A DNA stretch of 36,066 nt, from assembly GCA_035279245.1 (NCBI GenBank), contig DATEID010000329.1:1-36066 (forward strand), written 5' to 3'. Within the stretch, counting starts at the first letter, position 1, and every line of letters begins with the position of its first letter. Positions 19,311-28,420 of the stretch are shown piece by piece. This DNA comes from Reyranella sp. GTDB lineage: Bacteria > Pseudomonadota > Alphaproteobacteria > Reyranellales > Reyranellaceae. The notes under the pieces are model-generated. The model was not told the DNA's origin. It was given only the letters and a program-made list of their open reading frames with translations, and searched no databases. The position numbers and the translations under genes were made by a program.

Positions 19311-20997
19311 TGCGCGATCGATCGCCGCCGGTTCGACGCTGCAGACGGACATCTGCATCGTCGGTGCGGGAGTCGCGGGGATCTCGATCGCCAGGGAGTT
19401 CATCGGCCGGTCCGAAAGCGTCGTGCTCCTCGAGGGAGGCGGCCTCGAGTTCACGAAATCCCTTCACAACCTGCCGACTGTGCTGCAACGCCATTTTTTT
19501 GGCGAGCAGGCGATGACCCGGGGACGCAACGCCGGGCACCCCTACTATCCGCTTCGGTTCACAAGGGTGCGCGCCTTCGGCGGCTCGTCACGGGCGTGGC
19601 ACGACCATCGCGGCGTTCATGCCCGCCCGCTCGACGCGATCGACTTCGCGACACGGGAAGACCTGCCCGAACACGGCTGGCCGATCGACAGGGCGCAGCT
19701 CGATCCCTTCTACGAACGCGCCCAGCAAGTATGCGGGTTGGGCACCTTCGCCTATGACGTGAGGCCGTGGGAAGCCCAAGGTTACGGCGCTCCGCTCCCC
19801 TTGAACCCGAAGATCGTCGAGTCGGTGATCTTCAAGTTCGGCCGGCGAAGCAAATTCGACCGCTACGAGGATGAGTTCGCGCAGGCTAAAAACGTCAACC
19901 TCGTGCTCCATGCCACGGCCATTCACCTTGCCGACAGGGCCGGGCGCGTAGACCGGATCGACTGTGCAACATTGTCGGGCAACCGATTCGCTGTTCGCGC
20001 CCGGACCTTCGTCGTCGCTGCCGGGGCGATCGAGACCGCCCGCCTCCTGCTGGTCTCGACGGACAGCAGGCCCGCTGGCATCGGAAATGGCCACGACCTG
20101 GTGGGCCGGTGCTTCATGGAGCATCCGGATGCTGCAGTCGGATACCTCATTCCCAATCCCGAGTTCGATCGAAACGCGTTCCGGCTGTACCGGCACCAGG
20201 ATGCCGGCGAGAATCTGACCATTGAAGCCATGTTTCGGTTAAATGACTCCACCTTGAAGGCGGAGGGGCTCCTCAACGCCGTGCTGCGCCTGCGCGATAC
20301 CTATCGCTCCGGTATGGCGGCAGCCGTGCAGTCGGCTCAGATCGCCCGAAGGGCAGTGCACTACGGGGTGCCGATTCCGGGGCTGGGGAGGCATGCGTTG
20401 CGGACCGTCCTCGGCGCGCCGCAGATCCTTCGCCACTATGCGACATGGCGCTCCGGCCGCCAGCCGGAGATCTTCGGCATCGACGTGATGGCCGAACAGG
20501 AGCCGACGACATCTTCTCGGGTGAGACTCTCACGGCGCCGGGATCGGCTAGGCGTCCCCATGACGATTCTCGATTGGCGGCTCACGAACAGGGACTGGAG
20601 CTCGATCCGACGGACCGTCGAAATATTCGGTGATGCCGTTCGTGACGCAGGTGTCGGCACCGTGATTTCGACCATCGAGGCCGCGAAGGATCCGCCGGCG
20701 GTCTTTGGCAACTGGCACCACCTTGGTACGACGCGGATGCACAACGACCCCGCTCGCGGGGTCGTGGACGAGAATTGTCGGGTGCACGAAATGGCCAACC
20801 TCTACATTGCCGGAGGGTCGGTCTTTCCCACCGGGGGTTATGCCAACCCGTCGCTGACCATTGTTGCGCTGTCGCTTCGGCTCGCCGATCACCTCAAATC
20901 GACGACAAACCAAAGCGCCATCGCGTCGGCTGCGTTTCGGCAGCACGAGGTCGGATTGAGCGTACAGCAAGAAGGGCTTGCGCTAACCGGGCGCTAG
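19300..20997 (+). CDS. GMC family FAD oxidoreductase
   Basis: IVGAGVAG, VGRCFMEH, HHLGTTRM..DP..GVVD.NCRVH and SVFPTGG.ANPSLT. Overlaps asnB by 11 nt. Confidence 0.92.
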   Translation: MFTDARSIAAGSTLQTDICIVGAGVAGISIAREFIGRSESVVLLEGGGLEFTKSLHNLPTVLQRHFFGEQAMTRGRNAGHPYYPLRFTRVRAFGGSSRAWHDHRGVHARPLDAIDFATREDLPEHGWPIDRAQLDPFYERAQQVCGLGTFAYDVRPWEAQGYGAPLPLNPKIVESVIFKFGRRSKFDRYEDEFAQAKNVNLVLHATAIHLADRAGRVDRIDCATLSGNRFAVRARTFVVAAGAIETARLLLVSTDSRPAGIGNGHDLVGRCFMEHPDAAVGYLIPNPEFDRNAFRLYRHQDAGENLTIEAMFRLNDSTLKAEGLLNAVLRLRDTYRSGMAAAVQSAQIARRAVHYGVPIPGLGRHALRTVLGAPQILRHYATWRSGRQPEIFGIDVMAEQEPTTSSRVRLSRRRDRLGVPMTILDWRLTNRDWSSIRRTVEIFGDAVRDAGVGTVISTIEAAKDPPAVFGNWHHLGTTRMHNDPARGVVDENCRVHEMANLYIAGGSVFPTGGYANPSLTIVALSLRLADHLKSTTNQSAIASAAFRQHEVGLSVQQEGLALTGR

Positions 20998-20998
20998 A

Positions 20999-22117
20999 CT
21001 AGTGCCGAAGGCCGGCTTGCTTCATCAAGGGCAGGACGCGTTCGCAGAAGAACTCGAGCTCCGAATAGTAGTCCTCGAAATAGAGCACAACGCCGTGCAA
21101 GCCGCGGCGGGCATAGTCCCCGAGCTGGTCGACGATCTGCGCCGGCGTGCCGATCAGGGGATGCGTGCCGTAGCCGGCACAGAAGCGCTTCACGCGGTCT
21201 TCGAAGCCGTGCGTGAAGGATTGGCTCTGCACGCCGAGCACCGACAGCATATTGCGCGCCGCTTCCCAGTCGCCATGCTCCAGGATGCGCGCATAGGCAG
21301 CGCGCGCCTCCGCCTCGGTGTCGCGGCAGATGATCAGGGCCGAGCACATGAGACCGACGTCGCGATTGTACTTCTGGTCCGCGATCTTTCGCACCGAAAG
21401 CAGCCGGTCGATGTCATCCGGCTTGGACACCGAGCCAAAGCTGATATCGATGTGCTTGGCGGTGAACTCCATGCCGGCCGGCGAAGTGCCGGCATTGATC
21501 AGAACGGGACCAGGCTTCTGAATCGGCTTCGGCTCCGCCTCGAGGCCTGCCAAATCGAAGCAGTCGCTCTTGAAGTCGAACGGGCCCGCTTCGGTCCACA
21601 GCTTCTTGACCACGGAAATCCATTCCTCGCCATAACGATAGCGATCGTCGTGCTCGCGAAGGTCGACACCGAACATCCTCATCTCGTCGGCAAACCAGCC
21701 CATCAGCACGTTGAGGCCGAAGCGGCCGTTCGAGACGTGATCGACCGTGACCGCCTGCTTGGCGGCAATCACCGGGTGGCTGAGCGCGACGTGCGAGGTG
21801 GCGAAGCAGGTGATGTTCCGGGTCGCCGCCGCCATCGCGGCCGCCCACGTATAGACCTCGAACGTGCTGCCGTTGTGGTTGGACGGGCCGCCCTGCCCCT
21901 TGTAGCGCCCCAGCGGCAACGCGATCTCCATGCCGACACGGTCGGCGAGCTGGATCACCTTGAGATTGTAGTCCCATGTCATCTGGTCACCCTTGGGCAG
22001 GGTGGTGATGACGTTTCCGCCGCTGCAGTTCAGGGCGAAAATGCCCAGCTTGAGCTTCTGGTCGTTGAATACGGGGATATGGCGCCGCCGATAATCGCGC
22101 AGTTCTTCGCGGTTCAT
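20999..22117 (-). CDS. LLM-class flavin-dependent monooxygenase (SfnG/RutA-like)
   Basis: KLGIFALNCSGG, HPVIAAKQAVTVDHVSNGRFGLNV..GW, EHDDRY, PKPIQ and NAGTS.AG. Start ATG 22117 with SD GAGAGGA. Confidence 0.92.
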   Translation of the reverse strand: MNREELRDYRRRHIPVFNDQKLKLGIFALNCSGGNVITTLPKGDQMTWDYNLKVIQLADRVGMEIALPLGRYKGQGGPSNHNGSTFEVYTWAAAMAAATRNITCFATSHVALSHPVIAAKQAVTVDHVSNGRFGLNVLMGWFADEMRMFGVDLREHDDRYRYGEEWISVVKKLWTEAGPFDFKSDCFDLAGLEAEPKPIQKPGPVLINAGTSPAGMEFTAKHIDISFGSVSKPDDIDRLLSVRKIADQKYNRDVGLMCSALIICRDTEAEARAAYARILEHGDWEAARNMLSVLGVQSQSFTHGFEDRVKRFCAGYGTHPLIGTPAQIVDQLGDYARRGLHGVVLYFEDYYSELEFFCERVLPLMKQAGLRH

Positions 22118-22133
22118 TTGCTGTCCTCTCGCC

Positions 22134-22919
22134 TCACGCCGAACGGCCGCCATCGATCAGGTACTCGGCGGCGGTGACGTAGGATGACTCGTCGCTCGCC
22201 AGGAAAAGCGCCAGATTGACGATTTCCTCCGGCAGGGCCGCCCGCTGCAGGGGTCGGCCCTGGCTGAGCGAGTCCCAGGCGTCCTGGCGCTGGCCGGCAG
22301 GCAGACCGCCGAAGAAGTTCCTCGGCATGTTGGTGTCGACCAGGCCCGGCAGGATGGCGTTGACCCGGATGCCCGGCGCGAGCTCGATTGCCGCCACCTT
22401 GGTCAACATCAGCACACCCGCCTTCGACGAGCTGTAGGCCGACATGTTGGGCAGGGCACGCACGCCGCCGCCGGACGACACGTTGACGATCGAGCCCTTG
22501 CCGGAGGTCATCAACGGCGCGAACGCCTTGATCATCAGGAAGGTCGCTCGCGTATTCACAGCATGCAGACGATCCCACTCCTCGATGCTGGTCTCGAGCA
22601 GCGGCTTGCCGAGGATGATGCCCGCGTTGTTGTAGAGGATATCGACGACACCCCATTGTCGGCGCGCGGCTTCGGCCAGTCCGATGGCGTCCTGCGGCTC
22701 GGCAACGTCGGCGGGACGCCAGGTGAAGTCATGGCCCAACGCTGTCAACTCGGCCTCGAGCGCCTCGCCACGATCGCCGGGCAGATCGGAACCGATCACA
22801 GCGGCGCCTGCCTCGCAGAAGAGCCGGCAGGCCGCGCGGCCCATGCCGCCGGTCGCCCCCGTGATGACCGCTCGCTTGCCTGCAAGCCGTCCCCGGACGT
22901 TGGAATGGTCGGATGCCAC
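22134..22919 (-). CDS. SDR family NAD(P)-dependent oxidoreductase
   Basis: TGATGGMG, NNAG, YSSSK and RVNAILPG. GTG start 22919 with SD GGAAGGG. Confidence 0.92.
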   Translation of the reverse strand: MASDHSNVRGRLAGKRAVITGATGGMGRAACRLFCEAGAAVIGSDLPGDRGEALEAELTALGHDFTWRPADVAEPQDAIGLAEAARRQWGVVDILYNNAGIILGKPLLETSIEEWDRLHAVNTRATFLMIKAFAPLMTSGKGSIVNVSSGGGVRALPNMSAYSSSKAGVLMLTKVAAIELAPGIRVNAILPGLVDTNMPRNFFGGLPAGQRQDAWDSLSQGRPLQRAALPEEIVNLALFLASDESSYVTAAEYLIDGGRSA

Positions 22920-22920
22920 G

Positions 22921-23553
22921 TCAGCCCTTCCTTTCGGCATTCTTGAAAAGCCATGGACGCCGCGCACGGTAGTCCTCCGCGAAGCGCCGGATCTTCGGAA
23001 GTTCCTGCAAGGTCGCCTGGATCTCGTCCAGGCCGAGCAGGAGGCGGCGCTTCCGCCCGGGCTCGATCTCGAAGCGGTGCACGGGACGGTCGGCCACAGC
23101 CCATGTTTGCGCTTCGAGATCGACGAAGAGGCGCGGCTCGGACGCCGTCAACAAGGCGCGATGCTCGGCGTGAAGGACCGCCAGCTCGGCGCGAACCAGC
23201 AACAGGCCGTGCTTGACGGCATTGTTGTAGAAGATGTCGCCGAAGCTTTCGGCGATGACGCAGCGGATGCCGAAGTCCACCAGCGCCCAAACGGCTTGTT
23301 CGCGGCTCGACCCGACACCGAAGTTGCGGTCGGCGATCAGGATGCCCGCCGCGCGGAAGGCCGGCTGGTTCAGAACGAATTCTGGCCGTTCACGGCCTCG
23401 CCCGTCGAAACGCAAATCGTGGAACAGGATATCGCTATAGCCCTCCGATCGCGGGCGCCGCAGGAATCGCACCGGCGAAAGCTGGTCGGTGTCGACGTTT
23501 TGCCAGGCGACCGGAGCCGCGACCGCCATGAGGGTCCGAAGCGGCTGTGGCAT
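22921..23553 (-). CDS. leuD: LeuD-like hydratase/isomerase small subunit
   Basis: NVDTDQ, NFGVGSSREQAVWAL and SFGDIFYNN. Start 23553 overlaps the leuC stop. Probably a catabolic paralog. Confidence 0.9.
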   Translation of the reverse strand: MPQPLRTLMAVAAPVAWQNVDTDQLSPVRFLRRPRSEGYSDILFHDLRFDGRGRERPEFVLNQPAFRAAGILIADRNFGVGSSREQAVWALVDFGIRCVIAESFGDIFYNNAVKHGLLLVRAELAVLHAEHRALLTASEPRLFVDLEAQTWAVADRPVHRFEIEPGRKRRLLLGLDEIQATLQELPKIRRFAEDYRARRPWLFKNAERKG

Positions 23554-24971
23554 CAGCTCTCCTTCCCCAGGGCACGCACGTCGACGATCCGTCCGGCCAG
23601 CGCTGCCGCCGCGGCCATGGCGGGGCTCATCAGATGGGTGCGGGCGCCGCGTCCCTGCCGTCCAGGAAAGTTGCGGTTCGAAGTGGAGGCGCAGCGCTTT
23701 CCCGCCGGCACGAGATCGCCGTTCATGCCGCAGCACATCGAGCATCCCGATTCGCGCCATTCAAATCCGGCATCCTTGAAGATCCGGTCGAGTCCCTCCC
23801 CCTCCGCCACCCGCTTCACCGAGGTCGAACCAGGCGAGACGATGGCCGGGATGACGGCACGACCGCGACGGGCAACCGCGGCGGCCGCACGGAGATCCTC
23901 AATGCGGGCATTGGTGCACGAGCCGATGAAGACCTGGTCGATGGACAATCCCGCGAGCGGCATTCCCGCGGCGAGGTCCATGTAGTCGAGCGAGCGGGCG
24001 ATGGCATCCCGGCGCGGCGCGTCTACCGCCCCTAGTTCGGGCACGCAGCCCGTGACCGGTACCGCCTCCTCGGGCGTGGTGCCCCAGGTTACCATCGGCG
24101 CGACCAGCGTGGCGTCGATGGCGATCTCGGCATCGAAAACCGCACCCTCGTCCGACGGCAAGGACTTCCAGTAGTGCAGCGCCGCCTGCCAGTCGGCGCC
24201 CGCCGGCGCGTAGGGCCGCCTCTGCAGGTAGCGGAATGTCTTGTCGTCTGGCGCCACCATGCCGGAGCGGGCGCCGGCTTCGATGGCCATGTTGCACAGC
24301 GTGAGACGGCCCTCGATCGAAAGCGCGCGCACCGTGGCACCGGTGAATTCGATGACATGTCCGGCGGCACCGTTGACACCGATCCGGGCGATGATGAACA
24401 GCGCAAGATCCTTCGCGGTGACGCCGACGCCGAGATCACCCTCCACGGTCACGCGCATCGTCTTCGGCTTGCGTTGCCACAAGGTTTGGGTCGCCAGCAC
24501 GTGCGCGACCTCCGTGGCGCCGATGCCGAAAGCCAGAGCCCCCAGCGCACCATGGGTCGAGGTGTGGCTGTCGCCGCAGACGATAAGCAGGCCGGGCTGG
24601 GTCAAGCCCTGCTCCGGACCGACGACATGCACGATGCCCTGCCGTGGATCGCCAAGGTCGAAGAGCTGGAAACCATGACGGCGTGCATTGCCTTGCAGTG
24701 TGGTGACGGCGGTCAGTTGCGATGGATCCCTGATGTCGGCGAGATCGTGGCTGACGGTCGGCGTGCCGTGATCGGGCGTAGCGAACACCTGATCGGGATA
24801 GAGGACCGCCTGCCTCTTCTCGTCGAGAAAACGGAAGGGGTGCATCGAGCCGTCGTGCGCGAGGTGGCGTCCGACAAACAGCAGCGTCTGCCCGTCCTGA
24901 TCCTCGAGGATCGTGTGGTCGCTCCAGATCTTTTCGAACATGGAGCGTGGCGCATGCCCAGCGTGCATCAT
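23553..24971 (-). CDS. leuC: LeuC-like [4Fe-4S] hydratase/isomerase large subunit
   Basis: GIVHVVGPEQG, CGDSHTSTHGA, FIGSCTN, GCSMCCGMN (three Fe-S Cys) and STSNRNF.GRQG. Probably a catabolic paralog. Confidence 0.92.
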   Translation of the reverse strand: MMHAGHAPRSMFEKIWSDHTILEDQDGQTLLFVGRHLAHDGSMHPFRFLDEKRQAVLYPDQVFATPDHGTPTVSHDLADIRDPSQLTAVTTLQGNARRHGFQLFDLGDPRQGIVHVVGPEQGLTQPGLLIVCGDSHTSTHGALGALAFGIGATEVAHVLATQTLWQRKPKTMRVTVEGDLGVGVTAKDLALFIIARIGVNGAAGHVIEFTGATVRALSIEGRLTLCNMAIEAGARSGMVAPDDKTFRYLQRRPYAPAGADWQAALHYWKSLPSDEGAVFDAEIAIDATLVAPMVTWGTTPEEAVPVTGCVPELGAVDAPRRDAIARSLDYMDLAAGMPLAGLSIDQVFIGSCTNARIEDLRAAAAVARRGRAVIPAIVSPGSTSVKRVAEGEGLDRIFKDAGFEWRESGCSMCCGMNGDLVPAGKRCASTSNRNFPGRQGRGARTHLMSPAMAAAAALAGRIVDVRALGKES

Positions 24972-25825
24972 CGATAACGGTCCCGCAGCGCATCCCATTC
25001 GTCTGCGCCCACACGCCGGAAGCCTTCCTCGACGCCGATCTCGCCGGGCAATGTCGGATGGCGTCCGAGCCGCTTGGCCTCCGCCAGCACCTGGTCGCCA
25101 ATGCCGTACACGGACTTCAGCAGGATGCTGGGCAGGATGGCGATACGGTAGCCCATACGCTGCGCCTCATCGAAGGGCACGTCGGGTGTCTTGCCGCGAT
25201 AGACGATGTTGAGAAGGCAAGGCCCTTTCACCGCGCGCGGCACTGCGGCCATCTCCTCGACGGTCTGCGGCGCCTCGACGAAAGCCACGTCGGCCCCGGC
25301 ATCGAGGGCGGCATTGGCGCGGCGGATCGCCTCTTCCAGGCCGAGCGAGGCGCGGCTGTCGGTGCGGGCGATGATGACGAAGTCGGCGATGCGCCGGGCG
25401 GCGGCGGCGGCGCGGATCTTGGGGATGTATTCGTCGAGCGCGATGACGCGCTTGTCATTGAGATGGCCGCACTTCTTGGGGAATTCCTGATCCTCGATGT
25501 GCAGGGCCGCGACCCCTGCCGCCTCATAGGCGCGCACGGTGCGAGTCACATTCAGCTCGTTGCCGAATCCGGTGTCGGCGTCTGCGATCAGGGGCAGCTT
25601 TATGGCGCTGGCGATACGGGCGGCATTCGCCGCCATCTCCGACATCGTCACCAGGCCGTAGTCGGGATATCCCAGCGATGCGGCCGTGCCGGACCCGGTC
25701 ATGTAGCACGCGGCAAAGCCCGCCATCTCGATAGTGCGAGCGGTGATACAGTCGTAGGCGCCGGGCGCGATAACGAGCCGGTCACCCGACAACAGTCGGC
25801 GCAGTTCCTGGGCGGGATGGAGCAT
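24968..25825 (-). CDS. Isocitrate lyase/PEP mutase family C-C lyase (2,3-dimethylmalate lyase / PrpB-like)
   Basis: PGAYD, DADTGFG, HIEDQ.FPKKCGH, IIARTD and AGAD..FVEA. Confidence 0.92.
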   Translation of the reverse strand: MLHPAQELRRLLSGDRLVIAPGAYDCITARTIEMAGFAACYMTGSGTAASLGYPDYGLVTMSEMAANAARIASAIKLPLIADADTGFGNELNVTRTVRAYEAAGVAALHIEDQEFPKKCGHLNDKRVIALDEYIPKIRAAAAARRIADFVIIARTDSRASLGLEEAIRRANAALDAGADVAFVEAPQTVEEMAAVPRAVKGPCLLNIVYRGKTPDVPFDEAQRMGYRIAILPSILLKSVYGIGDQVLAEAKRLGRHPTLPGEIGVEEGFRRVGADEWDALRDRYR

Positions 25826-25836
25826 GGTTCGTTCGC

Positions 25837-26265
25837 TCAGGGAATGGGCGCGCCGATAGCCGCCAGGCCATGGCGGGCACATTCCATGTCCTGCGTATAG
25901 TGGCCGCCACTCACACCGAGGGAGCCGATGACCACAGCTTCCTCGCGGATCGGAAAGCCGCCGCCGAAGACGGTGAGCCGGGGCGTGTGCACGATGCCAT
26001 GTAACAGCGGCGGATCGTCCTTGATGAACTCGAACCAGGCGTGCGTTGCCATGCCCGTGATGGCACTCGTGTAGGCCTTGTCCTGCGCGATCGACGCCGA
26101 CAGCGTCGACGCACCGTCCATCCGGTAGAAGTGCTTCAGCACTCCCGACTCGTCACAAACCGCGATCGACATGCGCAGCTTCATCTGCGCGGCGTGGGCT
26201 GCAGCCGCTTCGACGGCCTTCACTGCCGTACTGATGTCGATGCTTCTCTTCACGAAACTGGACAT
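25837..26265 (-). CDS. GlcG/HbpS family haem-binding protein
   Basis: IAVCDESG, RMDGA, IAQDKAYTS, FGGGFPI and GSLGVSGG...QD..CA. Confidence 0.9.
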   Translation of the reverse strand: MSSFVKRSIDISTAVKAVEAAAAHAAQMKLRMSIAVCDESGVLKHFYRMDGASTLSASIAQDKAYTSAITGMATHAWFEFIKDDPPLLHGIVHTPRLTVFGGGFPIREEAVVIGSLGVSGGHYTQDMECARHGLAAIGAPIP

Positions 26266-26298
26266 GCACTCTCTCTTCGTTACGCACTCTTGACGGCC

Positions 26299-27108
26299 TC
26301 AGCCCATCCGGTTCGCCAGCTTGGCGTTGCCGAGGGATGCATCCTGGATCTCGGAGGCGGCGGCGCGTACCAGGCGGCCGACGCGCTCCGCGTCGCGCAC
26401 CGTGGCCTGCCGCGGTGGGATACAGACGGAAATCGCGATATTGCCGAGTCCCAGTGAGTTCAACACGGGCGCCGCCGCGCACCAGATATGGTCGAAGCGC
26501 TCGCCCCGGCTGACGGCAAAGCCGCGATGGCGCGCCTGGACAAGGTCGCGCTCGAGCTGATCGACGGTCGCGATCGTCGTGCCGGTGTACCGGGCGAGCG
26601 GCTGGTCGAGGAACAGCTCGGCGATCTCGGCGGCCGGGCGAGTGGACAACATTGCTTTGCCAAGCGCGCTGGCATGGACGTCGAGGCGCATCCCAACCCG
26701 GGTCGGGACCCGCGCCGAGCTTCCCGCCGGAATACGGCCGCGAATGACGACCTGCACGCCGTCGAAGGCGGCGATATGCACGGTCTCGCCCAACTGCGCG
26801 GCCAATGCCTGCAAACGCGGCTGCGCCAGGCGGACGAGGCTGCGCAGATAGGTCTCGCGGTGCGCCAGGCGGTACAGCCGGGTACCCAGCGCGTAGCGAG
26901 CCGTCTCGCTGTCCTTGCTGACGTAGCCGAGACGGACCATCACCGACAGCATGCGGTAGGTCGTCGGCGCCGCCATCCCGCAGCGCCGCGCGATCTCGGC
27001 CAGTCGCATGTGATACGGCGAGCGACCGAGCACCTCCATGATCGCGAACGCGCGGTCGATGGACTGATTCCGGTAAAGAACCTCTTTGTTCGGGCGCTTC
27101 GCGGGCAT
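26299..27108 (-). CDS. IclR family transcriptional regulator
   Basis: NQSIDRAFAIMEVL..HTH TTYRML, GETVH, HASALGKAML and RGFAVS.GE. Start 27108 or 27207. Confidence 0.92.
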   Translation of the reverse strand: MPAKRPNKEVLYRNQSIDRAFAIMEVLGRSPYHMRLAEIARRCGMAAPTTYRMLSVMVRLGYVSKDSETARYALGTRLYRLAHRETYLRSLVRLAQPRLQALAAQLGETVHIAAFDGVQVVIRGRIPAGSSARVPTRVGMRLDVHASALGKAMLSTRPAAEIAELFLDQPLARYTGTTIATVDQLERDLVQARHRGFAVSRGERFDHIWCAAAPVLNSLGLGNIAISVCIPPRQATVRDAERVGRLVRAAASEIQDASLGNAKLANRMG

Positions 27109-27214
27109 GCCGAGGATGCTGCCCGGAAAAGAGCCGGGTTCAAGACCCGCCTCCACGGAGCGTGTCCCCTCCTCGCTCGACCAGGTCACGCCATTGCCGC
27201 GCAGCATGGCGGTC

Positions 27215-28420
27215 TCAGGGCTTGGAAACCAGCGGGCAACCGCCCTTGTCGATCGGCCGGAAGGCCTGATCGCCCGGGATGACCTTCACCACGTCGTAGA
27301 GGTCCCAGTCGCCCTTCGGTTCCGACGGTTTGCGCGACCGGACGAGATACATGTCGTGCACCATCCGGCCATCGGCGCGCACGTAGCCATGCGGCGTGAA
27401 GGCATCGCTGAACGGCGCGGACTTCATCTGGGCGATGACCTTGCCGGCATCGTCGGTCTTGGTCTTCTCGATGGCCCGCAGGTAGTTCAGCACGGCCGAG
27501 TAGGAGCCGGCCTGCGCCTGAGACGGCGGTATCTTGCGCTTCTCGATGAAACGCCTGGTGAAGGCGCGGCTCTCGTCGTTGAAGTCCCAATAGAAGGCCT
27601 CGGTGTGCAGCATGCCCTGCACGGTATCGAGGCCGATTGCCTTGATGTCGGAAAGGGTGACGGCGAGCGCGGCGATCTTCGTGCCGCCCGCCAGGATGCC
27701 GAACTCCTTCGCTTGCTTCATGATCTGCACGAAGTCGCGGCCCGAGTTGGCGATCGCGATGACCTTGGCCCCAGACGCCTGGGCCTGAAGCAGGTAGGAC
27801 GAAAAGTCCGTGGTGTTGCTGGGATGCTTGATGCTGCCCAGGACCTTGCCGCCGCGCGCGGTGATAACCGCAGTGGCGTCGGCCTCTGCCGATTTGCCGA
27901 ACGCGTAGTCGACGGCGATGAAGAACCAGGTGTCGAGCCCCTGGTCCATCAGCGCGGTTGCCGTGGCCGTCGCCGTCGCGAACGTGTCGTACGTCCAATG
28001 GATTCCGTTCGGCGAGCAGGCCTTGCCCGTGAGATCCGCAGTACCTGGACCGGAAAACAACGCCACCTTGTTGCGTTCACGTGTGACGTCCTGGACGGCC
28101 AGGGCGACGGCCGAACTTGCGAGGTCGACCACGACATCGACGCCGTCGCTGTCGAACCATCGGCGCGCGATGGTCGCGCCCACATCAGCCTTGTTCTGAT
28201 GATCGGCACTGACCAGCTCGATCTTGGCGCCGGCGACCGTGCCCTTGAAATCCTCGATGGCGAGTTCGGCGCCCGCGACCGAGCCTTGCCCCGTCTGGTC
28301 CCTGAAAGCTCCCGACATGTCCGTCAGCACGCCGATCTTCACGACATTGTCGGAAACCTGTGCCGCCGCCGGAGCGGTCAGCGCGAGCATGGCAATAGCG
28401 CCGCAAGTCAGCCGTCTCAT
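27215..28420 (-). CDS. Periplasmic ABC substrate-binding protein (LivK/Peripla_BP_6 family)
   Basis: Signal peptide, VKIGVLTDMSG, ADHQNKAD, DYAFG, DFSSYLLQAQASGA and RADGRMVHDMYL. Confidence 0.93.
   Translation of the reverse strand: MRRLTCGAIAMLALTAPAAAQVSDNVVKIGVLTDMSGAFRDQTGQGSVAGAELAIEDFKGTVAGAKIELVSADHQNKADVGATIARRWFDSDGVDVVVDLASSAVALAVQDVTRERNKVALFSGPGTADLTGKACSPNGIHWTYDTFATATATATALMDQGLDTWFFIAVDYAFGKSAEADATAVITARGGKVLGSIKHPSNTTDFSSYLLQAQASGAKVIAIANSGRDFVQIMKQAKEFGILAGGTKIAALAVTLSDIKAIGLDTVQGMLHTEAFYWDFNDESRAFTRRFIEKRKIPPSQAQAGSYSAVLNYLRAIEKTKTDDAGKVIAQMKSAPFSDAFTPHGYVRADGRMVHDMYLVRSRKPSEPKGDWDLYDVVKVIPGDQAFRPIDKGGCPLVSKP

Noticed and set aside
22921-24971. Housekeeping leucine biosynthesis operon
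   Set aside because: No leuA or leuB, and the genes are translationally coupled to a lyase and flanked by catabolic genes. Treated as probable paralogs, though this needs a genome-wide check.
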